Source: the human T2T-CHM13v2.0 reference genome, Homo sapiens
DNA length: 64,000 nucleotides
Strand: one strand, 5' to 3'
Assembly: GCF_009914755.1 (NCBI RefSeq)
Contig: NC_060926.1
Below are positions 1-15,385 of the stretch, one piece after another; within the stretch, counting starts at the first letter, position 1, and each line of letters begins with the position of its first letter. Under the pieces are notes generated by a model. That model made no database searches and was not told the DNA's origin. It saw only the letters and a list, made by a program, of their open reading frames with translations. The translations under genes and the position numbers were made by a program.

Positions 1-3000
1 GATCTTAAATTGTATAAAGCATGTATATGAAACAGGTCCAAGATTTTATTAACTTACCCACACTATATTAAGAAACATTTAACACAGGTAATAACCACAT
101 TGTATAATTTCATCTGATTGTTAATATTAGCTATTATCTTAGAAACTAATAATAACAATGTTTCTATCCACAGAAAGATGTAACAAATTCCAGTGCATGA
201 TTCTGTTGCTTTTCCCATCATTGGCTTTGGTGTGCAATATTTTTCCTTGGTAATTATTTTAGTTGAGTATTTTCAATATTTGCGACCATATCTTTTAGTT
301 ATTTGACATACTGTCTAAAATCAGTAATTTTATTGCTTTGGTAAATCTACCTATTATTTCTATTTTCCATTTAAAACCTCAACAAAGTAAGTGTTTGTAT
401 GGCCTAGAGCAACTTAATCTTATTTTCATCATGTTTCTATTTAATGTGTATATGTATTTTCATGTGCCATGTGAATTGATTCAACATATTATTAATAACA
501 AGATGATCTAAATTTATTATATAAGTAATAAAGGCTAAACATTTATCAACACAAATGAGTCCACTAGAAATAGGAGTCATAATTTGATGAATGAAAAAAA
601 ATTCAAATATGATTTTTAAGCCATAAACATTTTTATACTAGGACATTTTATATGCTATAGATTAAAATATGAATAATCATCATCATATTGGTTTTACATT
701 TCCAAGTTAAACAAACCTCAATCTCAACATAACAAGATGTTTAGCCTAAAACCTTACAATTTTATATACCTGATTTAAATCAGATTCAAGTAGGCAATTT
801 TTTCCAATTATATTAAGGAAAACATTCCTCTTGTTAAAGAAGAGAAAGCATTAATATTTAAAAGACATAGAATATTTTATTGATTTGATCAAGTAGTTCC
901 GAGTCCTAGTTATAATTTTAAAATATCTTAGTAACATTTTATTAAAATTCACCTAGCATAGACATATGAAACTAATTGATACTATATTTTATTAAAACAT
1001 GTACAACTTTACACAGTCCCTATGAAAATAACTTTAGAGTCATAAAGATAATAATGGTAATTATAATAAACAATCTCTCATCTCAAGAAAATAGTTTGCT
1101 TTAAACCCATCAAGATCATTAGCCCATAAACTTGATCTTATTGGTAGAAATTTCCAATGAGAGGTGAAAATGTAGCTTAATATTAAGCAGGGAAAAGTAA
1201 GTGAAAGTGTATTGATAAGTTTTGTCAATTTAAAATAACACAGAGATAATCCTTATTCAGTTATAGCATGTTACCATGAGTGAAAAAACAAAAAAAAAAT
1301 ACACTGAATTCTCAAATTTGTATTAAAGGTGGCACAGCAGGTTGTAAATTTTAACATAAGCTGGTACTGCATGTTTTGTTTTTTAGCATTTAAATTGTGG
1401 CACTACAATTTGGAAGCTGTGCAGCTTGTTACTCCAAGACAAATCTCACCTAAGAGGATATGGCAGCCTTCCACACTGTGGTCTGATTGCATTAGACCAA
1501 GTACGGCTAAAGAAAGAAATATTTTGACAGGGGAGATTGCACTTGAACACATCAAAGTGTCAGTTCAGATATGTGGCATCTGAAAAGCACCCTCCCCTTT
1601 TCCCCATTGCATGAAATTTGCCACCTCTCATTGTCTCTTCCAGATGGTGTACTGAGTTCTCTTCAGCTTTATTCCTAGAGAGCTCAAGTTGACATCAATC
1701 TGTTATGCCATTTTCTTGTAATACTAATGTGGCTTATTTATCAATGCCAATTAATCAATGGCACAGAACGGGTTCTTCCTTAGCAGCTAATGTTGTTTCA
1801 TTTTTTTAATATTCAAAAAAAATTTTAAGGGCAGCGACCAGATTGGGAAGCCACGCATCTGGCAGACTGTGGCCACTTAGGAGGCATTCAACTGATGTAA
1901 AGATGAAGCCATTTATTTCAAAATATGATTAAGAAGCATATTGGGAGGTTATTATTTCTAGCAGAAGGGTGAGAGTAATTCTGTGAGATAAGAAGAAATT
2001 TAATTGTTTTGTAATAACAAATCATGTCTGTCTTCATGACCTTGTATCACCATATAAAGACAAAAGAAAAGCCTATCATATCTGTAAATTTTTAGCTTTT
2101 TATTAATCTTACTGCAGCATCACTGCACAAAAGATATAAAGAAGTCCCCACATCTACTACAGTTATACTTTATCACTGTGATCTTCTTTTTTTCAGAGTA
2201 AATATACTGTAGGATAGGACTTATATAATAAGAGATACCCAAAATGTTATAATATTTTCAGGCAATCTAGATTACTGTAATAGTTGCTCTGAATTTCAGT
2301 TCTGGGGGTCATATCCCAATCACCTACTTTGTGGGCCCTAGAATTAGGGCAAAAATTACATAAGATATCAAATGATGCCACCATCGATGGAATAATAGCT
2401 ATTGAGCCAGATTCCCCAATTCAAACAAGAAAAAGAAGAAGAAAAAATTACTATTTAGCATCAGTAATTTGGATCTAATAAACAATTATAAAAATGATCT
2501 TAATGATCCCTAGTTCCTTCAAGTAGCTTATCAACCTCATTATAGTTGTATGAGGAAAGGTGTACTTTGAAAACATTAGAATGGAATATGGTATTCAAGT
2601 TAATTTAGTGTAAGCATTCTAAAATCAATATTTTGTACTATCTACTTAATATTGATTATGTACACGATCTTCTAGGGGAGGTCCTAGCAGTGTAAAAACC
2701 TTACGGTTTCAACAATATGATAAAGAAAATATGAGAGAAAGAGAGACTGGTATAATTCATTAATAATGAATAATGGGCATATTAACAAAAATAATTTTTC
2801 ATGATACATAGACATTTATGAGGTATGTGGAAGAAAATAAATAATGAAATCATTTTTTTTCCATTGTAAATCAACCTCATAAGTCCATCCTTTTTACCCC
2901 TGACTTCCAAAGGCAACACGGAGGAAGTCTAGCCAAAAGACTGTTAGTTTTACTCTAGAATTTGACACAAAATGAAATTCACGGGTCATGACAGGAGCAT

Positions 3001-3463
3001 TCTGACAAGACATACAACTGTGATCTTGCCTTTGAAAAACTCTGCAAGGCAGAATTTGAGATCAGAATTAACTAAAAATGTTAAAAAGTTGGGGAATGGG
3101 CATTGAGAAAGTAATTTCTGCTTTACAACAACCATGCCCATCTTAACCTGTTTATATTTTCGAGCACTTATATAAAGAGAGACGTCTAGGAGAAAATATA
3201 TTTCTCTAAACCTTCTATTTCACCATATGTTTTATTTGACCCATAAACTTTCCCTTTCTCAAACTTTATCATTTCCCTCATGATTTGCCATTCCTCTCAC
3301 CTTGCACCAAAGCAAAGAAAATATCTTTTCAGATTTTATCTATCTTCTACAGTCTGGTTTAACTTTCAATTCTTCCAAAACCTTGCCAGAGAATCCCAAT
3401 GATCTCATCCCACTTTCTAAATATGTGCCTTGTTTCCTTCCTCTATAATAATTAATATGTTCT

Positions 3464-3665
3464 AGCTGACATTAATTAAGCACTTACCACGTGCCAGACA
3501 CACATTCTTACAAGTGATTTACATGTATTTCCTCATTTAATCCTCACAACAACCCAATGAAGTTGGGTTACTATCATCTCCCTTTTATAGATGTTAAGGG
3601 AGTTTTCCAATGTTATACAAGTGCAGAGCCAGGATTTGAATCACAGTTATTTTATTGTAGAACCA
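3464..3665 (-). mobile_element. MIR SINE (MIRb-like)
   Basis: Reverse complement of the MIR 3' part and core: aagcacttaccacgtgccagacac...ctcatttaatcctcacaacaacc...cagagccaggatttgaa. Confidence 0.8.
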
Positions 3666-3739
3666 TAAAAAAACTCTCAGAAGTCTATAAATTATTTCAG
3701 TAAAACTGTGCTTTAAAAACAGTGTGTATATTATCTTTT

Positions 3740-4090
3740 CAAAGTAACATTTTCCTGATTATTAAGGAAACACACACTTATCATAGAAAATTTGAAAACA
3801 TCTGTAAAAAGAGTTGAAAAAAAAAGTATTTTATAAATCCTCCTCCTGACTAGTATTAGGTCAGAGTATTTTTTGGGTGTATTTTGAATGTGGATGTATA
3901 TGTGCCAAAAGCTTTGTAAAATATTGATCACATTGAATATATAAACTGGTTTTCTACATTTCCTGTTACTATCTCATGAAAATTTTCCTTATGCTTGAAT
4001 AGTTTTGAAAAATAATTTTGATAATCGAATGGAAGCTATCCTCCTATAATGGTAAGTGAGTAACTCAAACAGTTCTCTATGTGGTTGTCA
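3740..4090 (-). mobile_element. Old L1 (L1ME/L1MC-like) 3' fragment
   Basis: aaagtaacat...tcatagaaaatttgaaaacatc... resembles the antisense 3' end of old L1ME families; heavily degraded. Confidence 0.45.
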
Positions 4091-5051
4091 TATATTATTA
4101 ATAACAAAAGGTTATATCAGATATTGACGTTAATATTATTCATATTGTCAGTGAAATCTTCTTGCCAACACTGGGATGAAACTGTAGAGAAGGTTTAATT
4201 CTACTGTAAAAGGTGAAATTATATCACAGAATCACAAATGATTTTCCCATTATGGAAAAACATCCTGAGAATGTCACGAAGGCCTGATATCAACTGCTGT
4301 TTCCAAGAGTTTAGAAAACAACTGTCAATGTTCCTATCCAGAGAGAAATCTGGATTGTGCTGCCAATCTTATAACCTGGCCCTCACCTTGCTTACAGCGG
4401 CTTGTCAAGGAAAGAGAAAAATCCCAAAAGAGCCCTTTGCTCTTTTTCTTGTGCTCTCTGAGATACTCCCCTTTCCTTCTCACTATTTACAAAAGGGAGA
4501 TGGGAGAAAAATTCAGGGATAATGTATTTTAAATGATTTCTATGGCTAAGTTAAATGTTGTGGGGGGTGTAATTTTCAAAGGATGTAGGCATCCTGAGTC
4601 AACAGGCTTTGCATCTGCCAGTGTTCCTTTGAAAACCTCAGGAGAGTCTTTAAAAGCAAATAGATGATCCTCTATGGGAGCCGGCTTAGATATGTGCTGT
4701 CTCCAAGAGCTCTGTAAATGTAGATTAACTGACCTCTCTGGGTCCTTCTCTTAATCCCATGCTCTGAATATGGAAATGACAGTTCACGTGTATCTCCAAT
4801 GCAACAGTCAAATAAATTTAACTTAAAGGAATTAATTTATGCTAATAAGACTTTCAGCAAAGATGAGAACTGTAAATTGCTTTGTTTTAAAAGCTTGAAT
4901 TAATTGGATTAATATTTCATTTTAAGCAGCTTGAATACGGCCACATGACTAATAAATGTGCATGAGGTAAAATCTATTCACTGAGTGTACTATTCCTTCT
5001 CAAAAAATAACTAGCATGTTATCTACATTTTAATAACGGAAATCAACATTG

Positions 5052-5420
5052 CATTCCATTTATTTATTCAACAAATATGTATTGAATACAATTAAATGAA
5101 AAAGCTCTGTTGAGTTTGCAGGAGATGAGAAAATGAATATGATGTAATCAAGTAGCTTACAAGTTAGTGCAAGAATATACACAAAATACAAGTTAGAAAG
5201 AGATGTCATGAAAGATGTAGCTTAAAAATAAGTGGTGTGCAGAAGATGAGAAATAATTGACAGCTCTAGAACCAGAAAGGGCCTTATGAAGAAAGTAATA
5301 TTCCAGCTCTGTCTTGAAGGGAATTAGAAACGTGATGCTGAGGAATAAGTACTCAAGAAGAGAAAAAAATAATAGGAAGAAAGGCACCAGGGAAGGAAAT
5401 CTTTAGTGTAAATATAGACA
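5052..5420 (-). mobile_element. L2 LINE 3' fragment
   Basis: cattccatttatttattcaacaaatatgtattga is the typical antisense L2 3' end, followed by purine-rich L2 body. Confidence 0.65.
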
Positions 5421-6242
5421 GCAGCACAGCTTCTTTACTTCCTATGTGACTAAATTTCTTCAGGTGCACAGTAAGTTCTCCCAGTATTTACCATCTAAGT
5501 TATTTCCTGAATTTCATTCAGTGTTTTTGGGAATGCCTTATGTCTCAGTTTCCTCAACTGAAAGAAACCTATAGGATTAGATGATTTACAAGTTCTTTCT
5601 GGTTCAAATCTCTGAAAATGTGAGTCATTCAAAAATCATGTTGATTAAATTGATAACCAAATACTTAAATAATTTTAGTATCAATAAATTATAGGAAATA
5701 AAATTATTTACCAAGAGAAGGCAAAATAAAGTGATAGTTTGAGAAAAGGCAAAATAGAGAATTATTGTGTCATTGCTGTTCATTTAAATTCTGAAGAGAT
5801 ATGGATGCCTTATTGTATCTTCCAATTAGTATCTGATATTTACCACAACCTATGATTGGGACCTGAACTAAAGCATCTAAGTAGATATAATTCTTCTGTA
5901 GAAAACATTTAGAATTGCACCTTTATGCCCTCATCTATTACCTCTAGTGGAATGTTATTTGTGTTCCCTTTTCAAAAAAAATTACTGCTTTATGAGTAAA
6001 CTATTAATATTTCAAAACTATTTCTAAAGTTTTCCCCCTGATATTTGGGGTTAAGAGATCTGTGGCTGAAAATTTCTAATTAATGTTGTCATGATTTCCA
6101 GCATATTTTTATTTAGAAATATAAGTTTGTGTGGTAAAATTATTAGAATTGGTTGAAAATATTTGATGTATCTACTTGCAGGAGCCTTCAACATACATTC
6201 AAAAATTTGCTTGTCTAGAAAGCAATTAAAACCAAAAAACTA

Positions 6243-6600
<358 letters not shown>

Positions 6601-7904
6601 ATTAATGGTGTTTTAAAGCAAATTATCTACAGTGATTATCATTGTGGTTTGAGTTTAAGAAATACTGGAGATGTTAATTTAAAATGTTTATAGTATACAC
6701 TTCTGCATGGCTTGAATTTTGTTTTTACTTTTGTGATTAAAAAATCAATAAAATTAATAATTAAAATAATTTAAAATATAGATCAACAATTTAATGAAAG
6801 AAATATGTGTTTAGTGCCTTCATAATCATCAAAATTAAAGAATTTACTTGAAGACTTTTTGAGCCTATGCCAAATTTTTGCGTTTACATACATGATCATT
6901 TTAAGGTTCCATGTGGTAGAGCTTTATATGCACCTAATATGCCTTTTCCTTAATTTGGGCTTTGCTAAACACAACTTTTTGTGTCCTCTGACAACAGGTA
7001 AGTGTTCTTGTCTAGAAAGAGTATATACTTGGTTTATGGCATGGCTATAATAAACGGCTGAGTTCTATACTGTCAATGATAAAACTTGGTCTCACATCAA
7101 TATAATGGCCATGCTGTATATGATTCTTAACTGTGATATACTTTAACAAAGGCATCTACCTATGCTGCCTCAAATTAAGAAGTTTTCCCAAGTCCAGACT
7201 ACAATCTTGGAGTTATCCTACCTAGGTCACCACAAATTTAATCCGCCACGTTAAGAGAAAATTTAAGATGTGAGAAAAATAAGTAAGATATATGTAGAAA
7301 GGTACAGGTACTCAGCATTGTCATCAAAATTAGCTAGATTAGTACTAAACGGTTGCTCAAAATGTCAACTATTTCAGCTTTAGATTGGCTGACTGCTGCT
7401 GATTCTTAGGAAAAAAAAAACAGGTTTATTGATACATGATTCTTAGTAAACATCCTTAGATGACTGAGTTTCTTTTTGCTCACCAACAGGAGCTATAGTA
7501 TCTGAAGCCACCTATTAAATACATTTCTATTTTCTCCTGAATCTTTTGGTCATATTTATCTTTTTCTTCAAAGTAAAATGGACTATGCATATAATTTTGG
7601 GAGTGGGGTATTCCATTACATAGTCAAATGCCTGATTTCTACAATGTAATTATATCGTTTCTAATTTATATTTGGGGTTATTTTAACAGGAACTAGACCA
7701 GCAACAGACCTTCATTCAACTTGCTATTAGCACTCACTGACTTGGCTTATTGTTTGCGATGAAGCATAGTAATTAGGTAAATTCACTGTATTCCTGATAA
7801 TCATCAAAATATTGGTGGGCTTTGATTTCCTGCTCAGAAAAGCAAGGAAGGTACAAATCTCCCACATATGACTAAGGAAATTGTGTAAACTGTATTATTT
7901 ATTC

Positions 7905-7935
7905 ATACATATATATGTATGTATATGTGTGTATG
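7905..7935. repeat. (TA/TG)n low-complexity repeat
   Basis: atacatatatatgtatgtatatgtgtgtatg. Confidence 0.6.
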
Positions 7936-9912
7936 TTTTTATATAATAATGGAGAATGGAATGAAATTTAAAATGTAGGAAGACTCTAGATAATTAAATT
8001 TATATAGTAAAAGATATTGTGACAATCAAAAGGAAAAATATCATTCATGATATAGAAAAGATAGGTTGAAACATACAATTAGCTAGAGGGAAAAGCAAGC
8101 AGTTTTTGTCTATCTTTTTAGCTTCATGTCATTTTAGTGGGAGAACAGTAAGGCAATAAACTAAACTGACGACATTGCAAGGGAGAAAAGTTTATTAAAA
8201 ACACCATAGAATTAAAACAAGGATGTTTTAAACAGAGAAAAGTTACTGAGCTGCTGAAAGCTGCTGCCCCCACCTGGGCATTAAACAACAAGAACTTCAC
8301 AACTTAACAGCTTTCTCTATATTTGTAAAATTCTAGGATTTCTCATTTATGGGTTAAGCCACAAACTAATAGGAAGCAAACATTGTATTATGCTTGTCAA
8401 CCAATATACAAGCTGACCTCAGAAACACTGCATATGAAAAGAAATCAGCCGACATTTTTTCTTATTTATGGCAAATCAAATACTGACTTATGTATATGAA
8501 TATAGTAAAGAAGCTTGACAATGTCAAAGAGCTTATATGCAATTGGCAAGGGAACCAAAATCAGTTGCACGATGTAAAGGTTTGAGTTGTAGATACCCAC
8601 CTGATACCGTGTATATGTATTGCAAGATAAATATGCATACCATTATCAATTTAATCATTGAACCTAAATCTAACTTCTGTTCATACAATAACTAATTAAA
8701 TTTATTGGGGCTTAATTCTTTCAACATCACTACTTTTAAGAAAAATACTTTAGATGTTTCCTCCTTTGTTGTATCAGCTGTAATGTCTCTAAGCTTTAGT
8801 TTTCTTTTTATTTTCATGTCTCACAATTATATTTGTTATGGGTTTCTATTTCATTCATTGCTACCTGCTGACATTTGTCTCAGCTGTGAATGTTTTTACC
8901 TATGAAAGATAATCTCCTTAAACATCTATTAATTTACACTTCCAACTGGGTGTGGAGTTTCCAACCTTATGTAATTGTGAGCAAATCTGTAAATTAGCAC
9001 TAAGACAACTGTTACAAGTATAAGGTGTTTGAAATTTCTCTCAATGACTTTTTATGGTAGTTTTGGCTGCTCAGGAACCTCCTTATTTGCTTCCTCATTT
9101 ATACTCTGTTCTAGATAAATGAGATTGCGAGATATTTAACTTCATTGAGTAATGAAATTATATTTTAAATTTGGGACACAGGATTAATAACAGGAAACAT
9201 CAGACAAATGTAAAATGATACCATCTGAATTGATAATATTCCAATAACATTCAATCTAAATTCATGCATTCACTTATTCTTCCATGTTAGACAAACAATT
9301 TTTGAATGAATGAATTCAAACATCTTCCCTTCACGTTCTAGGCAGACCACACAGAGCCCTGTTGTTTTCTGTTTTTAGTCAAAAATAAATAAATAAATAA
9401 GATTATGGTGAAAAAAAACCATGCTATCAGTTCACAAGGGTAAAAAGTAAAAGAGGAAAAGCCCTGCTCCCCTGTTTTCTTATTTCCATTTGTCAAAATT
9501 AAATACTACTAACACAGTTATTTTTAAAAAGATTTTCACAAATAAATAGTGGTGTGAATTTCTGATATTGACTGAGAGATTTTGCAACAAGGGGAAGTTT
9601 TAAAACTCTGGCACACAATTATGGAGTTAGTTTGTTTATCAAATAGTCTAGGGCTGGCAATAGCAACTAAGCTTCAAGTTGATGGGTACAAAATTATTTC
9701 AAATTTTCTGAGTTGAAAACTTGTTATTCTATTGAGGATATACTTGACTCAATCTAAAATGTCTTTACATCCTGAATTCCAGTAAGACACAAAATTTCTA
9801 TTAGGAAGAATTATATATACAGTTTGCTTTTTATTTACAAAAATGCTCTTATTAGAAGCTTATTGAAAACTGCCATATTAGTCTAAGAAGTTAAAAGCAT
9901 CCAGCATGTATA

Positions 9913-11330
9913 CATTCATTTATTTATTCATTTATTTGATAAACATTTATTCATATTTAATATGCAGCAGGCATCATTCTAGGCACTTGAAAAACAGCAG
10001 GGAATAAACTAAAAACATAATCCCTGTCCTCAAGTACCTCATATCGTAGTGAGAAGAGAAAACAGACACGATAGGTAAAACATAACATGCTTTTGACAGT
10101 AGTAAGGAATAAGGAAAAAATAAAAAGCAAAAATGAGGATCAGTAGCTTTCAGGAACTTACAAGTTTTGATTGGAGGACTTTTGGGAAACTAGATGAAGA
10201 AAGTGAGAGAGGAAGCCATGCAGACATATGACAGAAAACTATACAGGCAAAAGGAATAGCAAATGCAGATATCCTGAGGTAGGGGTGTGCCCAATATATT
10301 TTAGGTATTTTTTAAAAAAAAGGTTAATACTTCAGAAGAAAAGCAAGCAAGGGTGAAATGGTAGGAAATGAATTTAGAAAGGTGACAGGTGGTCAGACCA
10401 TGTAGTTATTTGAAGATCCATTGCTGGCTGTTAGTCAAAAAGATATAGGAAGCCATGGGAAGTTAACCACTAACCAGAGGAGTGCCATGGTCTGATTTAC
10501 ATTTTAGCACTCTAGCTTTTATACTGACAATGGATCACAAGGGTAAAAACAAGACTAGACAGAAAGCCACTGCAAAAATCCAAGCAAGTGAGAAGGGTAG
10601 CTTTTACAAGGGTAATGACAATGGAGGTGTTGAAATGTGGTTGGATTCTAGATATATTTTTAAAGTAGAACCTCAAAATGTTTGGCATGTGGATAAGGGC
10701 AGTGATGAGAAAAGGTCAAAGATACGTTCCAGGTGTCTGACTTAAGCAACTAAAAGAATCTATTTGCAATTTACTGCGATGACATATAAATTTGAGGGGT
10801 CATTTATATACAGCATTAAATAAATCACGACGATGGATATGACTGTAGATAGAAAAAAGGTATCCTAGAATTAATCCCTGTGGGGAACTCCAACATTTAG
10901 AGGTAGAGGAGGTAAACACAAATGAATGAAAGAGATTAAGAAGAGCAGAAAGGTAGGAGGAATTTTGGTGTCATGAAAGCCATGTTAAGAAAGTGTTTCA
11001 AAAAGAAGAGAATGACCGTCTGTGTCAAATGCTGCTGATAGATCAACGAAGACTAAAACTAAAATGTAAGCATGCCATATGAAGGTCATTTTGGACTTTG
11101 GTAAGAGTCATTTTAGTAAAATGGTAAGGTCCACTGGCTGACTGGAGTGATTTCAAGAAAAGATGGAGGAGCAAAATTAGAGATAGTGAAATTCAGCTAG
11201 ACTTCTAAGACTTGTTTTTTCTTGGAAAGGAAAGAAATCAGGATGTAGCCAGGGGAAAAATTGGGGTCCAAAGAAAGTTTTTAAAATACTGGATAAATAT
11301 CATCCTTTTATGCTGATGATCATAGAGGAA
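9913..11330 (-). mobile_element. L2 (L2a-like) LINE, ~1.4 kb 3' portion
   Basis: cattcatttatttattcatttatttgataaacatttattc...ctaggcact...tccctgtcctcaag, then long L2 antisense body (tgtgtcaaatgctgctgatagatcaa). Confidence 0.85.
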
Positions 11331-12096
11331 AGAATAATGAGACTTTTAGACAGACAGGTCATCTATAATAAAAAGAGAGAAGATAGCATATAGAGTCACA
11401 GATGCTATCACTTACACATGTAGGTGTGATGGCAGAAGCTTCTATTCCAATGCAGACATATGTATTGTAAAAATTAAAAGTTGAAAAGTGACACATATCT
11501 TTAGAGTATCATCTACAGACATTAGATGCTCAGACACATAATCAAAAGATACATTACAATGAGTGAGCATCTTGTGGGAAAATTTGCATAACATCATTTG
11601 CATTTCTTCTAATATTCATGACAGTTTGACATCTACATCCTATGTTTACATTGAGAAAAGTCGTCAGTTATATATTACATGCTTCATTAGCTTACTTTTC
11701 TTAGAATCAAATGTCTGTAGATTTATTCTATTAAATGTGAATAAACATCATGAGTAGCAGTCGCCAAAGTGATACCACATAATCTGTAATCGTTCTGGGG
11801 CTCCTTGACTAACATGTTCAATTAAAAGTTGTTACAAATTTCCTGGTAACCCTCTTATTTTGTATATGAATTTAACAAAGCAATAAAAGTGAGATGGGAT
11901 TGAAGCTGTAACTACAAATAAAAATTAAATATTTAATAATGCTGAAGTAAATGAAAATTGAGTGAACATCTCAGGTAGTTATTATATGACTACATTTTGG
12001 TGCATTTTTCTTGATCTTATCAGTTTTCTCATTACTTTTTCCATTACATTAAAAAAACCTATAATAAGTAAATTTGCTTCTCTTCTTCATCAAAAC

Positions 12097-12259
12097 CAGT
12101 TCTTCTCAGAATTTCATGTTCATAGGAATCACTTAAGATCTTGTTAAAATGTAGGTTCTGATTCCGTAGTCTGGAGTGGGGCCCATACTTTTGCATTTCT
12201 AACTAGATTTCAGGTTTTGCCCATGCAGCTGGTTAGCAGAACACACTTGGAAAACAAGG
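12097..12259. mobile_element. MER5A1-like hAT-Charlie DNA transposon
   Basis: cagttcttctca...gaatcacttaagatcttgttaaaatgtaggttctgattcc...ttgcatttctaac...cacacttggaaaacaagg. Confidence 0.8.
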
Positions 12260-12365
12260 GTCTAAACCACTCTGTTCTTGGCATTTGTGCAGAGGTTGAG
12301 ATAAATTAATCATTTCATGCCTAATTTTTGGGTTGCCGTTAAAAAGTTAGTTAAGTAGTTAAGTA

Positions 12366-12708
12366 AAGTCATATGCCAGTTAATGAAGGGGATATGTTCT
12401 GAAAAATGTATCGTTAGGCATTTTGGTCACTGTGGGAACATCACAGAGTGTATTTACACAAGTCCACATGGTGTAGCCTACTACACACATAGGCTATCTG
12501 GTATAACCTATCACTCCTAGCCTGCACACCTGTATAGTATGTTACTGTACTGAATACTGTAGGCAATTGTAATACAATGGTATTTGTGTACCTAAATGTA
12601 TCTAACTAAACACAGAAAAGGCACAGTAAAAATTCAGTATTATAATCTCAGGAGACCGCTGTGGTAGAGGTGGTCAGTCATTGACTGTTATTATGCCACA
12701 CATGACTG
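12366..12708. mobile_element. Tigger3a/MER7-type TcMar DNA transposon
   Basis: TIR-like ends (a)agtcat.../...catgactg flanked by TA; internal gtagcctactacacacataggcta and gttactgtactgaatactgtaggcaattgt. Confidence 0.85.
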
Positions 12709-14142
12709 TAAAATTTAAAAAAAAAATTAGTTGATTATCAATATGTATATTCCTAGAAGACCATATAAATAACATACAATTTTAAATCCTACTTAAAATA
12801 TTATGGCCTCTAACTAAAAACAAATAAATACATTTTATAACAATTCCTCAGTCCAAACGTATTTGCTCATTATTTTATTTACCAACCCAGTGCCTAATTT
12901 CATACCAGCCCACTCACTAAATAACAAAACCAAAGGAATGAAGATTAAGTTAAAATGCGGACAGCTATGTTGAATCTGACACACTGATCACACCACAGAG
13001 GAAACAAACAACTCGAATAGTGTTATTTAAAATTGCAATCCTGTAAGTGGCAATGAACATTTTGCTATGACTATGCTGTGCTGTTTTCCCCACACCTACT
13101 CCCACTTGCCAGGTTAGACTGGCTCAATCTGCTCTACCGTGGGATCACAATCATTTGAACAAACCCCCTCAGGGCAGTAATATCCAGGCAGCCAGTGTTG
13201 TCTCAGAAGAGCTCCTGACACCATTCCCCACGAATCCGTAATTTTGTTTATGTATAGCAAAAGCATGGCATAGGAAAAAAGACAGCATGCCACTGATGGG
13301 AAAACTTCCTAACCTGCTTTCACAAAGCACTAAGATCTCTCTGAAATATTGTGAATATTCAGGATGTGCAGTGTTTATGCATTAAAAGAGGATAAGGGAC
13401 ATGTTGTAAAGGTCTGATTTCACAAGAGTCATTCTAGATGGCTAGTTATACAAACCACTCTTACAGTTTAAGATTTAAATAACAGATATACTGTAAATAC
13501 TTTGTTATAGTGTGAGAGATACTCTCTGAGAAAGTCTAACTTTTTCAAAACATTCAGATGTCACCTAAGAGCCGAGTAAGGAGTAATTCATTCTACATTA
13601 CATTATTTCACGGGTATAGTGTTATATCTTAATCCACCTTTATACACATGTGCAAACACATCTACTTATGCATCTATCCATATTATTTAGACCATCAAAG
13701 GAGGTAGAAGAGAGTTCAACATTTTATAATACTTTCATCCTTCTCGCTGTTGTGCATTAGGCTGTATACCTGAAAATCTTCATATTACTGAATACTGTAC
13801 TATTAAGAGGAAAAAATAAGAATAATATTTTACCACAATGACTATGCACTATAGCAATTTTTTAAAATTTGAAAAATATATGTGTGTATATATGAAAGAC
13901 AGTAAGTGTGCTGGGGGAAAGAGTCATTCAACCCTTTTTAAAGTGGCTAATTCAGCAAAATTTCATTTTCTAACTAATGTAACTCCAATTTAAAAATCCA
14001 TAATATTATACTACAAGGGCACAGTTTACCTAATCTGCCAATTATGTTTGTTGTACAAAAGAGAAACCCAGGGCAAATATATAAATAAAACAATTTGTAT
14101 TTTTAAGACCAAATAGTCTATCAGTTCTTGCTGTAAGAGGTA

Positions 14143-14382
14143 CAGGTTTAGTGTTCCTTAACCAAAATGCTTGGGGCTGGAAGTACTTCAGAGCTTCAGA
14201 TTTTAGGTTTTTGGTGTGTGTGTGTTTTTTTTAAATATTTGCATTATATACACTTACTGGTAGAGCATCCCTAAGCTGAAGGTTTGAAATCTGAAATGCT
14301 GCAATGACCATTTCCTTTGAATGTCACATTGGTGCTCAGAAAGTTCAGATTTCAAATTTTTGGACGTGGGATGCTAAACCTG
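14143..14382. mobile_element. Tigger4a (MER46/Zombi) TcMar DNA transposon
   Basis: ta-caggtttagtgttcctta...gagcatccctaa...tgaaatgctgcaatgaccatttcctttga...gggatgctaaacctg, with inverted termini. Confidence 0.85.
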
Positions 14383-14445
14383 AATTTAAAAATATATTAA
14401 CTCTTTCAAATCACTGGGTAGGTGCACATAGAATACTTTGTGTCA

Positions 14446-14750
<305 letters not shown>

Positions 14751-15169
14751 TTTGTGTTGTTTAATATAGATTACATTTATTTATTCTGCCAAAGACACCA
14801 TTGATTTTTGCCATATATTTCTCATCTGATTCTCACAAGCACTTTAATAACATAGTAAATGAAAATATTGCTTTAACTAGCAATTTTTATGAACATTAAT
14901 TTTTATTAACATAATATAAAGCACTAGTATTTATTATTTTTGGTTTGATGAGTCAGATAATTTGCCTTATCATCGTCATCATTTTATTATTTAAGGAATC
15001 ATATCAGTTGCCTCTTGTTGGACTGTAATGAGTTAGGTCAAAAGAAAGTGAATTTGATAGTCAGAAACAAGGGACTGTAGATCTGCATTACCAAAATGGA
15101 AATGGGAAAAATAAGAAAGTTACATGCGTTCTTTTGGAAATCTCTTTCAGAGGTGGAAGGGAGGTGGTG

Positions 15170-15385
15170 TTATTAAACATTTATTAAGGATCTGCACATA
15201 TTAAGCACTATGCTATGTGCTTTGTTTAATTTACCTAATAATGCCCTGAGATAGTTACTGTCATCCTTAAATTATAGGTAAAACAAACACAGAGGATAAG
15301 TCAGTAGCCTCGCATCTCTGGGCCAATGAGGAACAGAACCAAGACTCCAACCTGGATCTACATGATTTTAAAACCTACACATTTT
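15170..15385 (-). mobile_element. MIR SINE
   Basis: aaacatttattaag...aagcactatgctatgtgcttt...atgccctgagatag...cagaaccaagactccaacctgg. Confidence 0.6.

Noticed and set aside
6990-7004. Perfect splice donor CAG|GTAAGT
   Set aside because: No convincing upstream acceptor; isolated donors are common
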